A stretch of DNA of 64,000 bases from Candidatus Bathyarchaeota archaeon (GCA_013388895.1 JACAEK010000052.1:6684-70683), one strand, 5' to 3'. Positions 38,124 through 48,735 are shown, counted from the stretch's first letter. Translations and numbers: made by a program. Notes: generated by a model not told the origin, from the sequence alone.

Positions 38124-38669
38124 GTGAAACTTGACAGTAAAGACATAGCTTTGGCAGCCATTTTTGCAGCTCTCTACGTGATTATTAATGTTCTTCAGAT
38201 GATTTCTGTTGGCAATCCTACCGTTTATGGACCTGTTCAGCTGCGTATTGCCGATTGCTTAATCGCTCTAGCCGCATTATTCGGATGGCCTGTAGTTGCA
38301 GGCGTTTCTGTTGGATGTTTTTTGACTAATGCCTACTACTTCATCGGCGTTCAAGATGTGCTGCTTGGACCTATTGCAAATCTAATTGCCGCAAGCATAA
38401 TCTTACTCCTTAGGAGACATCGGTTCATGGCATGTGTTATCGGAGCTTTACCTATCGGCTTCATTGTCGGAGGTTATCTTTGGCTGTTCTTTCCACCACC
38501 AGAAATTCTCAATATGATGCCAACTTGGGCTGCAATGATTGCAAGCATAACGATTAGCAGTCTAATTGCAATAGGAGCAATCGGATATCTGCTACTTTCA
38601 GTGCTTACCAGACCAAGCATTTTGGAGCCTTTGAAATCTCGCGGATTGAAAGTGATAGCGGAAGAATGA
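38124..38669 (+). CDS. queT: QueT-family ECF transporter S component (queuosine/archaeosine precursor uptake)
   Basis: 181 aa with 5-6 TM segments. The N-terminal pattern DIALAAIFAALYVIIN...GPVQLRIADCLIAL resembles QueT. GTG start with SD GGAGGTG. Confidence 0.55.
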   Translation: MKLDSKDIALAAIFAALYVIINVLQMISVGNPTVYGPVQLRIADCLIALAALFGWPVVAGVSVGCFLTNAYYFIGVQDVLLGPIANLIAASIILLLRRHRFMACVIGALPIGFIVGGYLWLFFPPPEILNMMPTWAAMIASITISSLIAIGAIGYLLLSVLTRPSILEPLKSRGLKVIAEE

Positions 38670-38676
38670 TAACAAG

Positions 38677-41379
38677 CTACATGAATCTTTCAAGCTTTGT
38701 TAGGCCAATTATCTCGTCAAAATCCAAGTCCAACGCGTCTAGCACTTGGTCGAACGTTGAATGCAAATAGCCCACATACTTGTCAACATCAACCTCGCTG
38801 TTGGTTGCAAGCTCCACAGGCTTCACATGCGGATCTCTGACGACTTTGACGAAACTTATCAGGTCGCCTGCCCTCAATTCGATTCCATTTTCTTTCAAAA
38901 TTCTCGCGGCTTTAACATGTTGAGGCGTGGTCTTCGTATAATGGTCTGGTTCTTCGCCCAAAACCACGTTAAACGCCAAATCATTTAGGCTTTCCCATTC
39001 ACGCCTCTTCAAACACATATAGCAATCGCGAATGATTTCACTTATGTCCTTCTTCGCTTGTTCAAAATCTGGTGGCGTCTTGACTTTAGCCAAGCGTTCT
39101 TTCATTCTGTCAAAAGCCTTCTTAATGAATAGTGGAATGTTCCGCTTTTTGCCTGTTAAACCTTTGACGTCGACGCTTCCATCCTCTAAAACACCCAAAT
39201 AGTTCTTCTTTCGTTGGCTGAAAACAGCATATCTGTAAACTTTATCCACGTCCAAACTCATCTTTAACTCTTGTTCAGTCCACTGTGCTAATTGTGAAAT
39301 TTGCTCTTTTGATGGGTTTTTCAAAAAGAGACTGTCCGTATCACCATACAACACCTGAATGGCAAGCTGCTTTGCCCTGTTAAGTATCTGAGTTATCGTA
39401 TGCCTTCCAATAGCCGCTGTTGCTTCCGCCACGGGTGGACAGTAAAGGTCAAAACTGTCAGCGCCGAACACGCCATAGCTTGCGTTTAAAATCACCTTCA
39501 CAGCGCCTTGAATTATGTTATACCAACTTCTCAAATCAGCTGGTAACGCCTTTTCCTTAGATTTTTGCTTGTACCATTCCACCCGTAAATCTCTGAGCGA
39601 ACCAATCAATAGGCTTTCTAATGCCCGCTTTTTGGTGCAAACCCAATGAGAAGTGCCAGGCACAAGATTCGTGCGACATTCCGGATGCTGACACAGAATA
39701 GACTGATAACCTAGGTTCCAAACTTTTATTATTGATGGATATAGACTTGGAAAATCCATAACTGAGACATTAAAATGAACGCCAGGAATCGGGTCAACAA
39801 CTATTGCGCCTTTGTATTTTTTGCCTTTGATTATGGCCGTGGTTGTTGTTTTACCCTTTGCGGCAAGAATATCTTCTGCATTTGGGATAAGCAGGTTCCT
39901 TCTGCGATGCTCGCGATGCAGGAAATTTCTTATCCAACGTGAAACGCCCTGACGGCTAACATCTTCCATTGGCATGCTACTGATTCTGGCTAATACTAGA
40001 ATTAGTTTCATAACTAATTCGTCGTCAAAATCCGTAAGCATAAAAGCAATTTCTGAATCTCTAAAGCAGTATTTGGCAAGCTCTGTGTAAGTCAACTCGC
40101 CAAAGTTTTTCTCTAAACGTATCTTTTCCATTCTGACTAGGGCTTTGCCCACATCGTCAAGAGTTACGTCTCTATAGCGGTTGCTGAAGGCGTAAAACTG
40201 AATTGAACGGTTGAAGAAAAACTTGTAAAGGTCTATGTGCACACCATACCTTAGCAAGCAGTTGCGTCTGCCAACTTCTATTGGAACTTCATTTCTTCTT
40301 ATGCCAAGATTCAACGCTCTATACGTAAGATAGCGCAAGTCGAAATCGTCACCATTAAAAGTTATGACGAAGGGATAACTCCACAAAACATCGAAGACAG
40401 CTTGGATGAGCTTCTTTTCAGAATCAAAATATTCCACACTCACATCAGCAGGCAAATGCTCATTTCCCTCTCGAACGCCATCCCTTTTCAAGAGAAAAAC
40501 TCGCCGCTGCCCATCTGATCCACAAAACGAAACACAGATAATCTGACATGAAGCTTCTCTAGGATCCGGCATCCTCGTAGGAATAGGCGCCAGAACCTCA
40601 ATGTCAAGGGCAACTCGCAAAAACTTCGGCGCAGGATACTCCAATAGCCTAGCCCACTGGTCAACAAACTGCAACTCCTCATCGGTGCAATCCTTGAAAA
40701 TCTCTTTTATGCACTTGACATTTCTTTCTGTTTCTTCCATGCTCTTCAGAATGAGCTTGCTGTCTCTTACTTCGTAAATCATTCCAGGCGAGAGCATTCT
40801 GTCGTAGATGTATGATTGGTAATATTTTATCCTCGATTCCCAAACCTTGATTTGTTCAGGAGAAACAAGAGTATCAGAAACATTTGGAAATTCCTTAGGA
40901 ATTATGTCCCGTATGCACCCAGTTGGACGACCGCCAATTGCCAACGGATCCTTCGCCACAATCTTGGTTACTTTAACATCTTTATTCAGTAACGGATCAA
41001 ATTTTTCTGCAAGTTCAAAATGGTCAAAACCAGGATGTTTTATCAAGCGGTCTATTTTCTCCAAGTCGTATTGTGAAAGATTCGTTAGGCAATATGGCAT
41101 GTGCCCAGTATTGTCATGCCAAAAAAAGATTTTACTTGAAACAGGCTCGTAAAGTTTGATAAGAGCCTTTCCAGCTCTTCCGTCGTATGTTGCTGAAACA
41201 AAATAGGAAGGTTGAAGTTTTTCAGGAGCTATCGGCGGAAACGTGTGTGTTTTTCTTTCTTTTGCAACTGCTACTGCTTCTGTGAAGGGCAGAGCTTTCG
41301 CTTCGTTTTCTTTTGAAAGTTTAGGTTCTACACGGAAGTCTTCTAAATGTCTCTGCGGCATCTCTTGTCCTTGACCCAA
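38677..41379 (-). CDS. polB: Family B DNA polymerase
   Basis: Exo and pol motifs including SLYPSII, KVILNASYG and YGDTDSLF. 900 aa with no intein apparent. Confidence 0.95.
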   Translation of the reverse strand: MGQGQEMPQRHLEDFRVEPKLSKENEAKALPFTEAVAVAKERKTHTFPPIAPEKLQPSYFVSATYDGRAGKALIKLYEPVSSKIFFWHDNTGHMPYCLTNLSQYDLEKIDRLIKHPGFDHFELAEKFDPLLNKDVKVTKIVAKDPLAIGGRPTGCIRDIIPKEFPNVSDTLVSPEQIKVWESRIKYYQSYIYDRMLSPGMIYEVRDSKLILKSMEETERNVKCIKEIFKDCTDEELQFVDQWARLLEYPAPKFLRVALDIEVLAPIPTRMPDPREASCQIICVSFCGSDGQRRVFLLKRDGVREGNEHLPADVSVEYFDSEKKLIQAVFDVLWSYPFVITFNGDDFDLRYLTYRALNLGIRRNEVPIEVGRRNCLLRYGVHIDLYKFFFNRSIQFYAFSNRYRDVTLDDVGKALVRMEKIRLEKNFGELTYTELAKYCFRDSEIAFMLTDFDDELVMKLILVLARISSMPMEDVSRQGVSRWIRNFLHREHRRRNLLIPNAEDILAAKGKTTTTAIIKGKKYKGAIVVDPIPGVHFNVSVMDFPSLYPSIIKVWNLGYQSILCQHPECRTNLVPGTSHWVCTKKRALESLLIGSLRDLRVEWYKQKSKEKALPADLRSWYNIIQGAVKVILNASYGVFGADSFDLYCPPVAEATAAIGRHTITQILNRAKQLAIQVLYGDTDSLFLKNPSKEQISQLAQWTEQELKMSLDVDKVYRYAVFSQRKKNYLGVLEDGSVDVKGLTGKKRNIPLFIKKAFDRMKERLAKVKTPPDFEQAKKDISEIIRDCYMCLKRREWESLNDLAFNVVLGEEPDHYTKTTPQHVKAARILKENGIELRAGDLISFVKVVRDPHVKPVELATNSEVDVDKYVGYLHSTFDQVLDALDLDFDEIIGLTKLERFM

Positions 41380-41433
41380 TACTTATTGTGCGAGATATAC
41401 TAAAATCTCTTGCTAAGCGCTACGGTTTGCTTT

Positions 41434-42594
41434 TCAGATGCTTTCGCTTCTGATTTTTTCTACGAGTTCTTTGACTGTTAATGTACCTATGTTACCTATT
41501 TCATGTCTTCTTATAGACAATTGCTTTGACTTTGCTTCGCGTTCGCCACAAATAGCCATGTATGGAATTTTCCGAGTTTCTGCTTCTCTGATTTTATAGT
41601 TGATGGTTGAAGCGCTGCTGTCAATCTCTGTCCTTACGCCACAAGCCTGCAATTTTTTGTGAATTGCCTGAGCATAAGGTAATTGCTTATCGCTGATGGG
41701 CAATATCCTTACTTGCGTAGAGGCAAGCCACGTTGGCAAATTCCCCTTGTAATGTTCTATGATAATGGCGAAAAAGCGTTCTATGGCTCCTAGAAGGGCT
41801 CTATGAATCATCAAGGCTTCATGCTCCCCTCCATCTGTGCTTGTATAAGTTACGTTGAAGCGTTTAGGCAGGTTAAAGTCGAACTGAATTGTGGAACATT
41901 GCCACTCTCTGCCCGAAGCATCGACTATGTTGATGTCAATTTTTGGTCCGTAGAATACTGCTTCTCCTTGCATTTCACGATAGGCTATACTCTTCTTCCT
42001 AAGAGCATTAGCCAAGGCTTTTTGTGCTATTTGCCATTTTTCTTCTGAACCCATATATCTTCTTGGCTGTTTTGGGTCTCTAGTGGATAGGTAAACATTG
42101 TATTTTTTGAAGCCAAACTTCCTTAGGATACGCTCCGCGAAATCCAGTAGCCTGACTATTTCGTCATCGATTTGTTCTGCTGTGCAGAATATGTGAGCAT
42201 CGTCTTGAGTGAATCCTCTTACGCGCAACAATCCGTGCAAGGTGCCAGACGGTTCATATCTGTAGACTGTTCCCCATTCTGCATATCTTATGGGCAAATC
42301 CTTGTAGCTTCTCGGCTTAGCTTTGTAAATCTGGATATGAAAAGGGCAGTTCATCGGCTTTACCACGTAGGATTCGCCTTCTTTTTCAAAGAGATACATG
42401 TTTTGTGCATAGTAGTCCAAGTGTCCAGAAACTTTCCACAGTTCTCCTTTCGCTATGTGTGGCGTGCAAACAAGCTGGTATCCATTTTTCAGATGTTCTT
42501 CTTCCCAGAAATCTCTGACGATTCTTCGAACCGCTACGCCTTTGGGATGCCAAAGAACTAAGCCTACGCCTACTTCTTCGCTTATGGAAAACAA
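41434..42594 (-). CDS. thrS: Threonyl-tRNA synthetase, catalytic core plus anticodon-binding domain only (ThrRS-cat type)
   Basis: Class II core (HPKG, FRNE-like YRYEPSG, GLLRVRGFTQDDAHIF) and a C-terminal anticodon domain. There is no TGS or editing domain. The first canonical start is TTG at 42594. Confidence 0.85.
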   Translation of the reverse strand: MFSISEEVGVGLVLWHPKGVAVRRIVRDFWEEEHLKNGYQLVCTPHIAKGELWKVSGHLDYYAQNMYLFEKEGESYVVKPMNCPFHIQIYKAKPRSYKDLPIRYAEWGTVYRYEPSGTLHGLLRVRGFTQDDAHIFCTAEQIDDEIVRLLDFAERILRKFGFKKYNVYLSTRDPKQPRRYMGSEEKWQIAQKALANALRKKSIAYREMQGEAVFYGPKIDINIVDASGREWQCSTIQFDFNLPKRFNVTYTSTDGGEHEALMIHRALLGAIERFFAIIIEHYKGNLPTWLASTQVRILPISDKQLPYAQAIHKKLQACGVRTEIDSSASTINYKIREAETRKIPYMAICGEREAKSKQLSIRRHEIGNIGTLTVKELVEKIRSESI

Positions 42595-42890
42595 ATCCAG
42601 TTGTTCGCCTAAGACTCTGTGGTCTGAGTTCGACAGCTTTCTTTCCTTATTTTTATTTTCTGAACATTCCAGTTTTTCAGGGTTTTTAAGGGGTTTGCTA
42701 CTTTTTAGAAGTTGTTTAGGGTTGTGTTTCTAAATACCCCATTTCAAGAACCTCGACCATTCCAAGAGTGCATCATGCTATTTATCCTTTGTTCTGGACA
42801 AAATTTTGACGCACTCAGGCCTGGCCTCATAGGGAAATATCTTAAATCTATTCTGCATATTCTTTGTTGTTTCTGGACGTGTGAGATGCT

Positions 42891-44246
42891 GTGCTTAAAG
42901 AAGCGTGGATGCTTGCAATTGAGACTCTAAGTTGGATGGAAATGCGAAAACTCAGCGAGCGGTTGGCCTTATCCAAAACAGTCAAGCAATTAGGTGTAAA
43001 CGATGCAGACGCCGTGCGACTTGCGCACATGCTTTCTCTAGAGACCATCAGAAGACGAAACTTCATAGACACATTCATAAACAAGACATTAAAACCCCAA
43101 ACCATAAACGAATTCAATCTAGGCATTCAAGCCTTTTTGAGACTTTACGTCTATCAAACACGTATAGCCAAAAACTGGTCCAAAATCGATATTAAAGAAG
43201 CTCAGAACGTAGCAAAAATCGCCCGCTCCATTCTAGGCTGGAAAACTCTGCGAAAAGTTGAGCCTGTACTAGGTTTTTTGTTAACTCAAAAGCCGCATGT
43301 AATCTATGAAGGTTTAAGTGATGAAGAAAGAATTGGGCTTCAAACTTTCCATCCAACATGGTTCGTAAAATATTGTTTCAAACTTTTTGGAAGAAGAGAA
43401 GCCATTGCCTTTTTGGAGGGAAACATGCGGTCGCCGCCAACATACATACGGCTAAACACGCTTAGGGCAGGTGAGAGCGAAATTCTGGAAAAGATAACAA
43501 AAGATGCTATTCGAGTCAAAAAGGTTGAAGAACTAAAATATGCTTACAGAGTCGTCAGCACAGAGAAACCTCTAACACGTACCTTAAGCTTTCGCGAAGG
43601 CTTATTTTACATCCAAGACAAGGCAAGTTGTTTCGCAGCAGAAGCGGCAAATCCAGAATCTGGCATGACAGTCCTAGATGTATGTGCTGCGCCTGCAGCC
43701 AAAACCACTTACCTAGCGCAGCTCATGCATAACAGCGGCCACATCTATTCTATTGATTACTCAAAACGCAGAATGGATATATGGAAAAACGAAGTGGCCC
43801 ACCTGAATGTCGAGATTGCCACGCCGGTAATTGCTGACGCCTGTCATTCACCACCTCTGAAGATAGAAGCAGACATAGCTGTTCTAGATCCGCCTTGCAC
43901 AAGCACTGGCGCTTTTGGAAAGTTGCCTTCAGCCAAGTGGAGGCTGACGCGGCGCTCTGTGGATAAGATGGCTGAGATTCAATGGCAAATGCTGACTAGT
44001 GTTGCCGAAGCCATTAAGCCCGAAGGAACCTTAGTCTATTCTACATGTAGCGTAACAGTTGAAGAAAACGAGATGCTTATTGAACGATTCCTGAAGTGGC
44101 ATGCAAATTTCTCGTTAGCTGGAATAATGCCTAATATGGGTTTACCGGGGCTGAGAGGACTGGAAAAATGTCAAAGGCTTTATCCACATGTTCATGAATG
44201 TAATGGTTTTTTCATTGCCAAGCTCGTTAACGAGAAACTTGCATGA
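42891..44246 (+). CDS. NOL1/NOP2/Sun family RNA cytosine-C5 methyltransferase
   Basis: Motifs DVCAAPAAKT, LDPPCTSTG and YSTCS, with an N-terminal NusB-like region. GTG start. Confidence 0.85.
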   Translation: MLKEAWMLAIETLSWMEMRKLSERLALSKTVKQLGVNDADAVRLAHMLSLETIRRRNFIDTFINKTLKPQTINEFNLGIQAFLRLYVYQTRIAKNWSKIDIKEAQNVAKIARSILGWKTLRKVEPVLGFLLTQKPHVIYEGLSDEERIGLQTFHPTWFVKYCFKLFGRREAIAFLEGNMRSPPTYIRLNTLRAGESEILEKITKDAIRVKKVEELKYAYRVVSTEKPLTRTLSFREGLFYIQDKASCFAAEAANPESGMTVLDVCAAPAAKTTYLAQLMHNSGHIYSIDYSKRRMDIWKNEVAHLNVEIATPVIADACHSPPLKIEADIAVLDPPCTSTGAFGKLPSAKWRLTRRSVDKMAEIQWQMLTSVAEAIKPEGTLVYSTCSVTVEENEMLIERFLKWHANFSLAGIMPNMGLPGLRGLEKCQRLYPHVHECNGFFIAKLVNEKLA

Positions 44247-44249
44247 GTG

Positions 44250-45143
44250 TTAACGGGTCTTTTCTAAGAAGCACAGCATTTCAAAGATGATTTTTGCGGC
44301 TTGAATTGCCGTTGTTCCTTGGTCATAGTTTGGGGCAACTTCAACCACGTCAAAGCCTACCACGCGCTTGTCGCAGACGTAGTGCAGGATGTCTAACAAT
44401 GTATATGGTTCTAGTCCCTCTGCTTCCGGATTCTGTACGGCTGGAACATATGCGGGGTCGAGAACGTCCATGTCGATTGACAAGTAGAGATTCTCGTATT
44501 TTGCCAATTTTTGCTTTAACCGTTTTGCAATTTGTTTGCTTCCTTCTTCTCTAATCTTTTGAGTTGTGAAAAAGTCTATTCCAGCCTTTTTTGCATAAGC
44601 TAATTCCTCTTTGCAGACCGCTCTTGTACCGACTTCAATGATTTTCGCTGGTTTCACATGCTCACTTATTCTCCGCATAAAGGTCGTATGCGAAAGTTTC
44701 AAACCCATAAACTCGTTGCGTAAGTCGAGATGTGCGTCAAAGCTTATTATGGCTGTTTTTTGGGCTTTTTTTGCCATGCCTTTCATTACGCCTAGTGTGA
44801 TGGTGTGTTCCCCGCCAATTACTACAGGTATTTCTTGGGCTTCCAGAATGTCTTCTGTAACTAGTGCGGTTCTTTTCAATGTTTCTTCAGTATCTGTTGA
44901 TATGTGTAAGTCGCCTAAATCGTGAAGCTGCAAATCCTCCACATCAAATCCTGTTCGAAAACTATACGTTTCAATGTTAAGCGACGCCTGTCTAATAGCG
45001 CTGGGTCCAAATCTTGCACCAGTGCGATACGTGCTTGTAACGTCAAAGGGAACACCTAAAATGATGTAATTCGCTTTTTTGTAGGGTTTTTGGAAACCAC
45101 TGAAAACATTCGATTGCGAAACAAAAAGTTCATGATGACTCAT
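44250..45143 (-). CDS. speB: Agmatinase (arginase family)
   Basis: Motifs GGEHTIT, FDAHLDL and SIDMDVLDPA. Confidence 0.85.
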   Translation of the reverse strand: MSHHELFVSQSNVFSGFQKPYKKANYIILGVPFDVTSTYRTGARFGPSAIRQASLNIETYSFRTGFDVEDLQLHDLGDLHISTDTEETLKRTALVTEDILEAQEIPVVIGGEHTITLGVMKGMAKKAQKTAIISFDAHLDLRNEFMGLKLSHTTFMRRISEHVKPAKIIEVGTRAVCKEELAYAKKAGIDFFTTQKIREEGSKQIAKRLKQKLAKYENLYLSIDMDVLDPAYVPAVQNPEAEGLEPYTLLDILHYVCDKRVVGFDVVEVAPNYDQGTTAIQAAKIIFEMLCFLEKTR

Positions 45144-45188
45144 TTCTGTTTTACCCTCTGTGTCTGGCTTATTTTAGCCAGCGAAGTT

Positions 45189-45744
45189 CTAAACTCTTTC
45201 GTTTGCTACTGCAAGGTTAACTAGTCTAAAACTGCAGCGCCCTTTTTGATTCTGAAGAAGTATACAGCGATACCCAAAAGAGCGGTTATGCCGCAAAATC
45301 CGTAAACGATACTGTAGCTTCCATAAGCAGGCAGCAAATTGACAAAATATTGCCCAACAACGGATAGAAAGGGTCCATTTCTTCGTAAAGAAACGAATCC
45401 AAAAACACATGAAAATAGACACCTGAAAACGATGTGAATAAAATTTTTTGAAAGAAAACTTCTGCGAAATCCTAAAAGTCATCATAATCTTATCTAAGAT
45501 ATTCCTGAGGGGAAAAACAGCTAAAGCCGCTAAAACAGCGAGGACTGTCGCGCCTAAGTAGGAGTGGAAAAAGCCGTGCAGTGGGTATCCAGAAACGTGA
45601 TAATATATAACATAGAGGGGCTCCAAATCTGGTATAATACTTGATACTACGAGGGTAGGCAGGTCAAATACTGCTAATAACGCTAGACCAAAAAACAAGG
45701 CTGGATCAAGATGAAGTGGTGTGAAAGGTATAGCAGTTCACCAT
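45189..45744 (-). pseudogene. Membrane-bound metal-dependent hydrolase-like gene (YdjM/DUF4184-like) decayed by at least three frameshifts
   Basis: Sensible protein segments sit in different frames. They are MVNC; IPFTPLHLDPALFFGLA...HGFFHS; SGVYFHVFLDSFLYEEMDPFYPLLGN; and YFVNLLPAYGSYSIVYGFCGITALLGIAVYFF. Confidence 0.6.
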
Positions 45745-45829
45745 CAATACAATGCATGTTAAAAGCTTTTAAACATTAAATTTATTAACAATGTTGCAAA
45801 TGCATTAGAGGTTAAAAGGCGGTTACAAG

Positions 45830-46189
45830 ATGGCATTTAAGTCTAAACTTAAAATGGAAAACATTGGGACATTGGCTGCTGTTGCTTTCTACACGGTTGT
45901 CGGGATAGTATGCTTCGCACTTTTGGTAATTGTTGATTTCCGATTGGTTCACATTGGCATAATTGGTATACTAAGCCTCATAACCGCATATGGGCTTGTT
46001 ATGAAGCGCAGGTGGTCAATTTGGCTGGTTATTATGCTCTTCTTTACTGCTACAACGTTTTCGGCTTACACTCTGTATTATTACGGTTTGCGAGACTTTA
46101 TTCTGGGCTTAAGTATGATTGCCTACCTGATTCTAACTTGGGTCTTCACGGCTTATACAGCAACAAAAAGGCAGATGCTGGAAGGTTAA
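45830..46189 (+). CDS. Small four-TM membrane protein
   Basis: 119 aa and strongly hydrophobic with regular TM spacing. Confidence 0.45.
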   Translation: MAFKSKLKMENIGTLAAVAFYTVVGIVCFALLVIVDFRLVHIGIIGILSLITAYGLVMKRRWSIWLVIMLFFTATTFSAYTLYYYGLRDFILGLSMIAYLILTWVFTAYTATKRQMLEG

Positions 46190-46199
46190 CTAGAAGCTT

Positions 46200-47444
46200 C
46201 TATAATTTCAAAAGGCGAACCGTAACTTCTTCACCTGCGTCGATGAATTGCTGGTTTTCTGCTATTTCCACAAATCCGTCAGCCTTTGCAAGCGTTGTTA
46301 TTGCTCCCGAAAGCCCTTCCTGAACGGGCTCCGCTAGCAGCTGATTTAGCTTATCCCGTTTAAGCTTGACCATGACGAATGTGCGTCTTCCTTTAGCTGG
46401 AAACATCCTCATAGTGATGAATGCCTTAACCTCAAATGCCTCTTTCGCCTTCAATCCCGCCATCCTCTCAAGTATTGGACGCACAAGCAAATGAAAGATC
46501 AACAAACTAGACGTGGGATGACCCGGAAGCGAAAAAACAATCTTTCCATCTATCACCGCCGCTGTAGTCGGTTTTCCCGGTTTAACTGCAATTCCACAAA
46601 CAATAACGCCTGGCTTACCAAGAGCATCCAACGTTTGTGGCAACAAATCTTTTGGACCTACTGAAACTCCACCCGAAGTTATAACCATGTCTGCAGACTC
46701 CAACGCATGTTTTAGCGCTTTTCGCAATTCCATGGCTTCGTCTGGAACAACTTCGAAATAAACTGGTTCTGCGCCGCTTTCACGCACTGCTCCGCTGATG
46801 CTGTAAGCATTTATGTCGTAGATTTTGCCATAAGGCAACTTCTTGCCAGGATCGGTCACTTCAGCGCCTGTTGAAAGAACCGCCACGCGAGGAACAGCAT
46901 AAACTTTGACTTTTGCCAAACCTAACGCAGCTAAAACTCCGACTTCGCTTGAGCCGAGCAATTGTCCTGCACTAAGAATTTTTTCGCCCTTTTTTATGTC
47001 TGACCCGGCTTTCATGACGTTTCCACCCTTAGCCACAGCCCTGTAAACATAAAGCTCATCGTTTTTTCGTTCTGTGTGCTCAACCATCACAATTGCATCT
47101 GCACCTTCTGGCATCGGTGCTCCAGTCACAATTTCCGCTGCTTCACCATGCTTAACTGTTATTTTTGGCAATTCACCAACGTTAACTACTCCACAAATCT
47201 TAAGTTTTTTCGGTTTGTTCTCTTCCGCACTGTATGTGTCTTCTGCGTTCACTGCATAACCGTCAACTGTTGAACGATTGAATGGCGGAATATCGAGGGG
47301 GGCAATTGTGTCTTCGGCAAGGGCACGGTTATGGGCTTTCAAAAGCAGAATTTCTTCAACGCCTAAAGGCTTAGGTGTAAAATGCTTATTGATAATCTGC
47401 CGCGCTTCGTCAAGTGTTAGCAGTTTTCTGAACATTACCATCAA
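46200..47444 (-). CDS. moeA: Molybdopterin molybdenum/tungsten transferase MoeA (copy 2)
   Basis: Motifs [19 protein letters not shown] and [10 protein letters not shown]. Confidence 0.9.
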   Translation of the reverse strand: MMVMFRKLLTLDEARQIINKHFTPKPLGVEEILLLKAHNRALAEDTIAPLDIPPFNRSTVDGYAVNAEDTYSAEENKPKKLKICGVVNVGELPKITVKHGEAAEIVTGAPMPEGADAIVMVEHTERKNDELYVYRAVAKGGNVMKAGSDIKKGEKILSAGQLLGSSEVGVLAALGLAKVKVYAVPRVAVLSTGAEVTDPGKKLPYGKIYDINAYSISGAVRESGAEPVYFEVVPDEAMELRKALKHALESADMVITSGGVSVGPKDLLPQTLDALGKPGVIVCGIAVKPGKPTTAAVIDGKIVFSLPGHPTSSLLIFHLLVRPILERMAGLKAKEAFEVKAFITMRMFPAKGRRTFVMVKLKRDKLNQLLAEPVQEGLSGAITTLAKADGFVEIAENQQFIDAGEEVTVRLLKL

Positions 47445-48676
47445 CCTGCTTCAACATTATCAAATAAATGAACTGAAACAGATTCGCCTTCTGCCAAGCC
47501 TTCCCGATTTTCGGGAACAACAACATAACCATTTGCCCTTGTCATAGTAGAAATTATACCAGAGCCCCGAGTGCTGATAGGCTCTGCGAAAAATTCGTCA
47601 CGTGGGAAAACGTGAACGCGAATGAAAGTTTTCCTTCCAAGAGCAGACGTGACTTTTTTCGTAATTTTTGCTCTCATAATTGGTCGAGTCTCTTCTTTTT
47701 TCAGCCCCAGCAATTTACATATTAGTGGTCTGGCGAAGACTTCAAATCCAAACATGGCGGCAACAGGATTGCCTGAAAGAATAATTATAGGCTTTGCGTT
47801 TGCAACCGCAAGAGCCGTTGGCATGGCTGGTCGCATGGATACTCCGTGGACAATAACGCCGGGTTTTCCAACCTTGTTAATAGCCTCTGGAACTAAGTCT
47901 GAAACTCCCACGCTTGTTCCGCCAGTAGTTATCATCGCATCAGCCATTTCCAAACCCTTCTTCAATCTTTCACAGATTTCGTCAAAGTCGTCTTCTGCAA
48001 TTCCCAAATCTACTGATTCGGCATCTAATTCGCGACATAAAGCAGAGATAACAAGCCTGTTAACTTCAAACACCTGACCTTCTCGCGGTTTGCCATCAGC
48101 GTCTACGAGTTCGTTTCCTGTGGCTAGCACTGCAATCTTTGGCTTCTCAAAAACTTGGGCTTCGCTGATTCCTAAAGCACCTATTAACCCTAGATGATGA
48201 GGTTTTAGGCGTGTTCCAGCTTTCACGGCAACCTCGCCCTTTCGAACGTCTTCACCCTTTTTAGAAACGTTTTCACCTGGAGTTAGTGAAACCCAGACCT
48301 CAATTTTGTCACCTACAAGCTTAACATTTTCAAGCATAACAACAGCATTAGCCCCTTTGGGGATGGGATTTCCCGTCCATACTTTCTTTGTCTGTTTTTC
48401 GCCCACTGCGGTTTTATCTATTAACTGGAGAGTTTTCGGCTTGAACTGCGACGCCTTAGAAGTATCCTCAGCTCTAACAGCATATCCATCAACAGCAGAC
48501 CTGTCAAATCTTGGCAAATCCTCTTCTGCAATAACGTCCTCTGCTAGAACTCGATTCAAAGCAGAGTGTAATGGAATGCAAGTAGTCTTTAGCTTTTTTA
48601 TCTGTATTTTACCAAAGAATATGTGTAGAGCATCATCAACCGATGTTAGTTTTTGGAATCCTTTAAGCCTCACCAA
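47441..48676 (-). CDS. moeA: Molybdopterin molybdenum/tungsten transferase MoeA (copy 1)
   Basis: Motifs SAVDGYAV, TGNPIPKGANA and TGGTSVGVSD. 4-nt overlap with the downstream paralog. Confidence 0.9.
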   Translation of the reverse strand: MVRLKGFQKLTSVDDALHIFFGKIQIKKLKTTCIPLHSALNRVLAEDVIAEEDLPRFDRSAVDGYAVRAEDTSKASQFKPKTLQLIDKTAVGEKQTKKVWTGNPIPKGANAVVMLENVKLVGDKIEVWVSLTPGENVSKKGEDVRKGEVAVKAGTRLKPHHLGLIGALGISEAQVFEKPKIAVLATGNELVDADGKPREGQVFEVNRLVISALCRELDAESVDLGIAEDDFDEICERLKKGLEMADAMITTGGTSVGVSDLVPEAINKVGKPGVIVHGVSMRPAMPTALAVANAKPIIILSGNPVAAMFGFEVFARPLICKLLGLKKEETRPIMRAKITKKVTSALGRKTFIRVHVFPRDEFFAEPISTRGSGIISTMTRANGYVVVPENREGLAEGESVSVHLFDNVEAG

Positions 48677-48735
48677 ACTATTTACCCATGAGAAGCTTTG
48701 AAAACCGGATAAAAAATGTATCGCATCAGCACAGC

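Noticed and set aside
42595-42890. Track ORFs 42712-42930 (+) and 42848-43126 (-), plus a possible RNA gene, in the thrS / methyltransferase spacer
   Set aside because: No motifs, odd composition, and overlap with the methyltransferase start. No convincing helices or C/D-box elements were seen.
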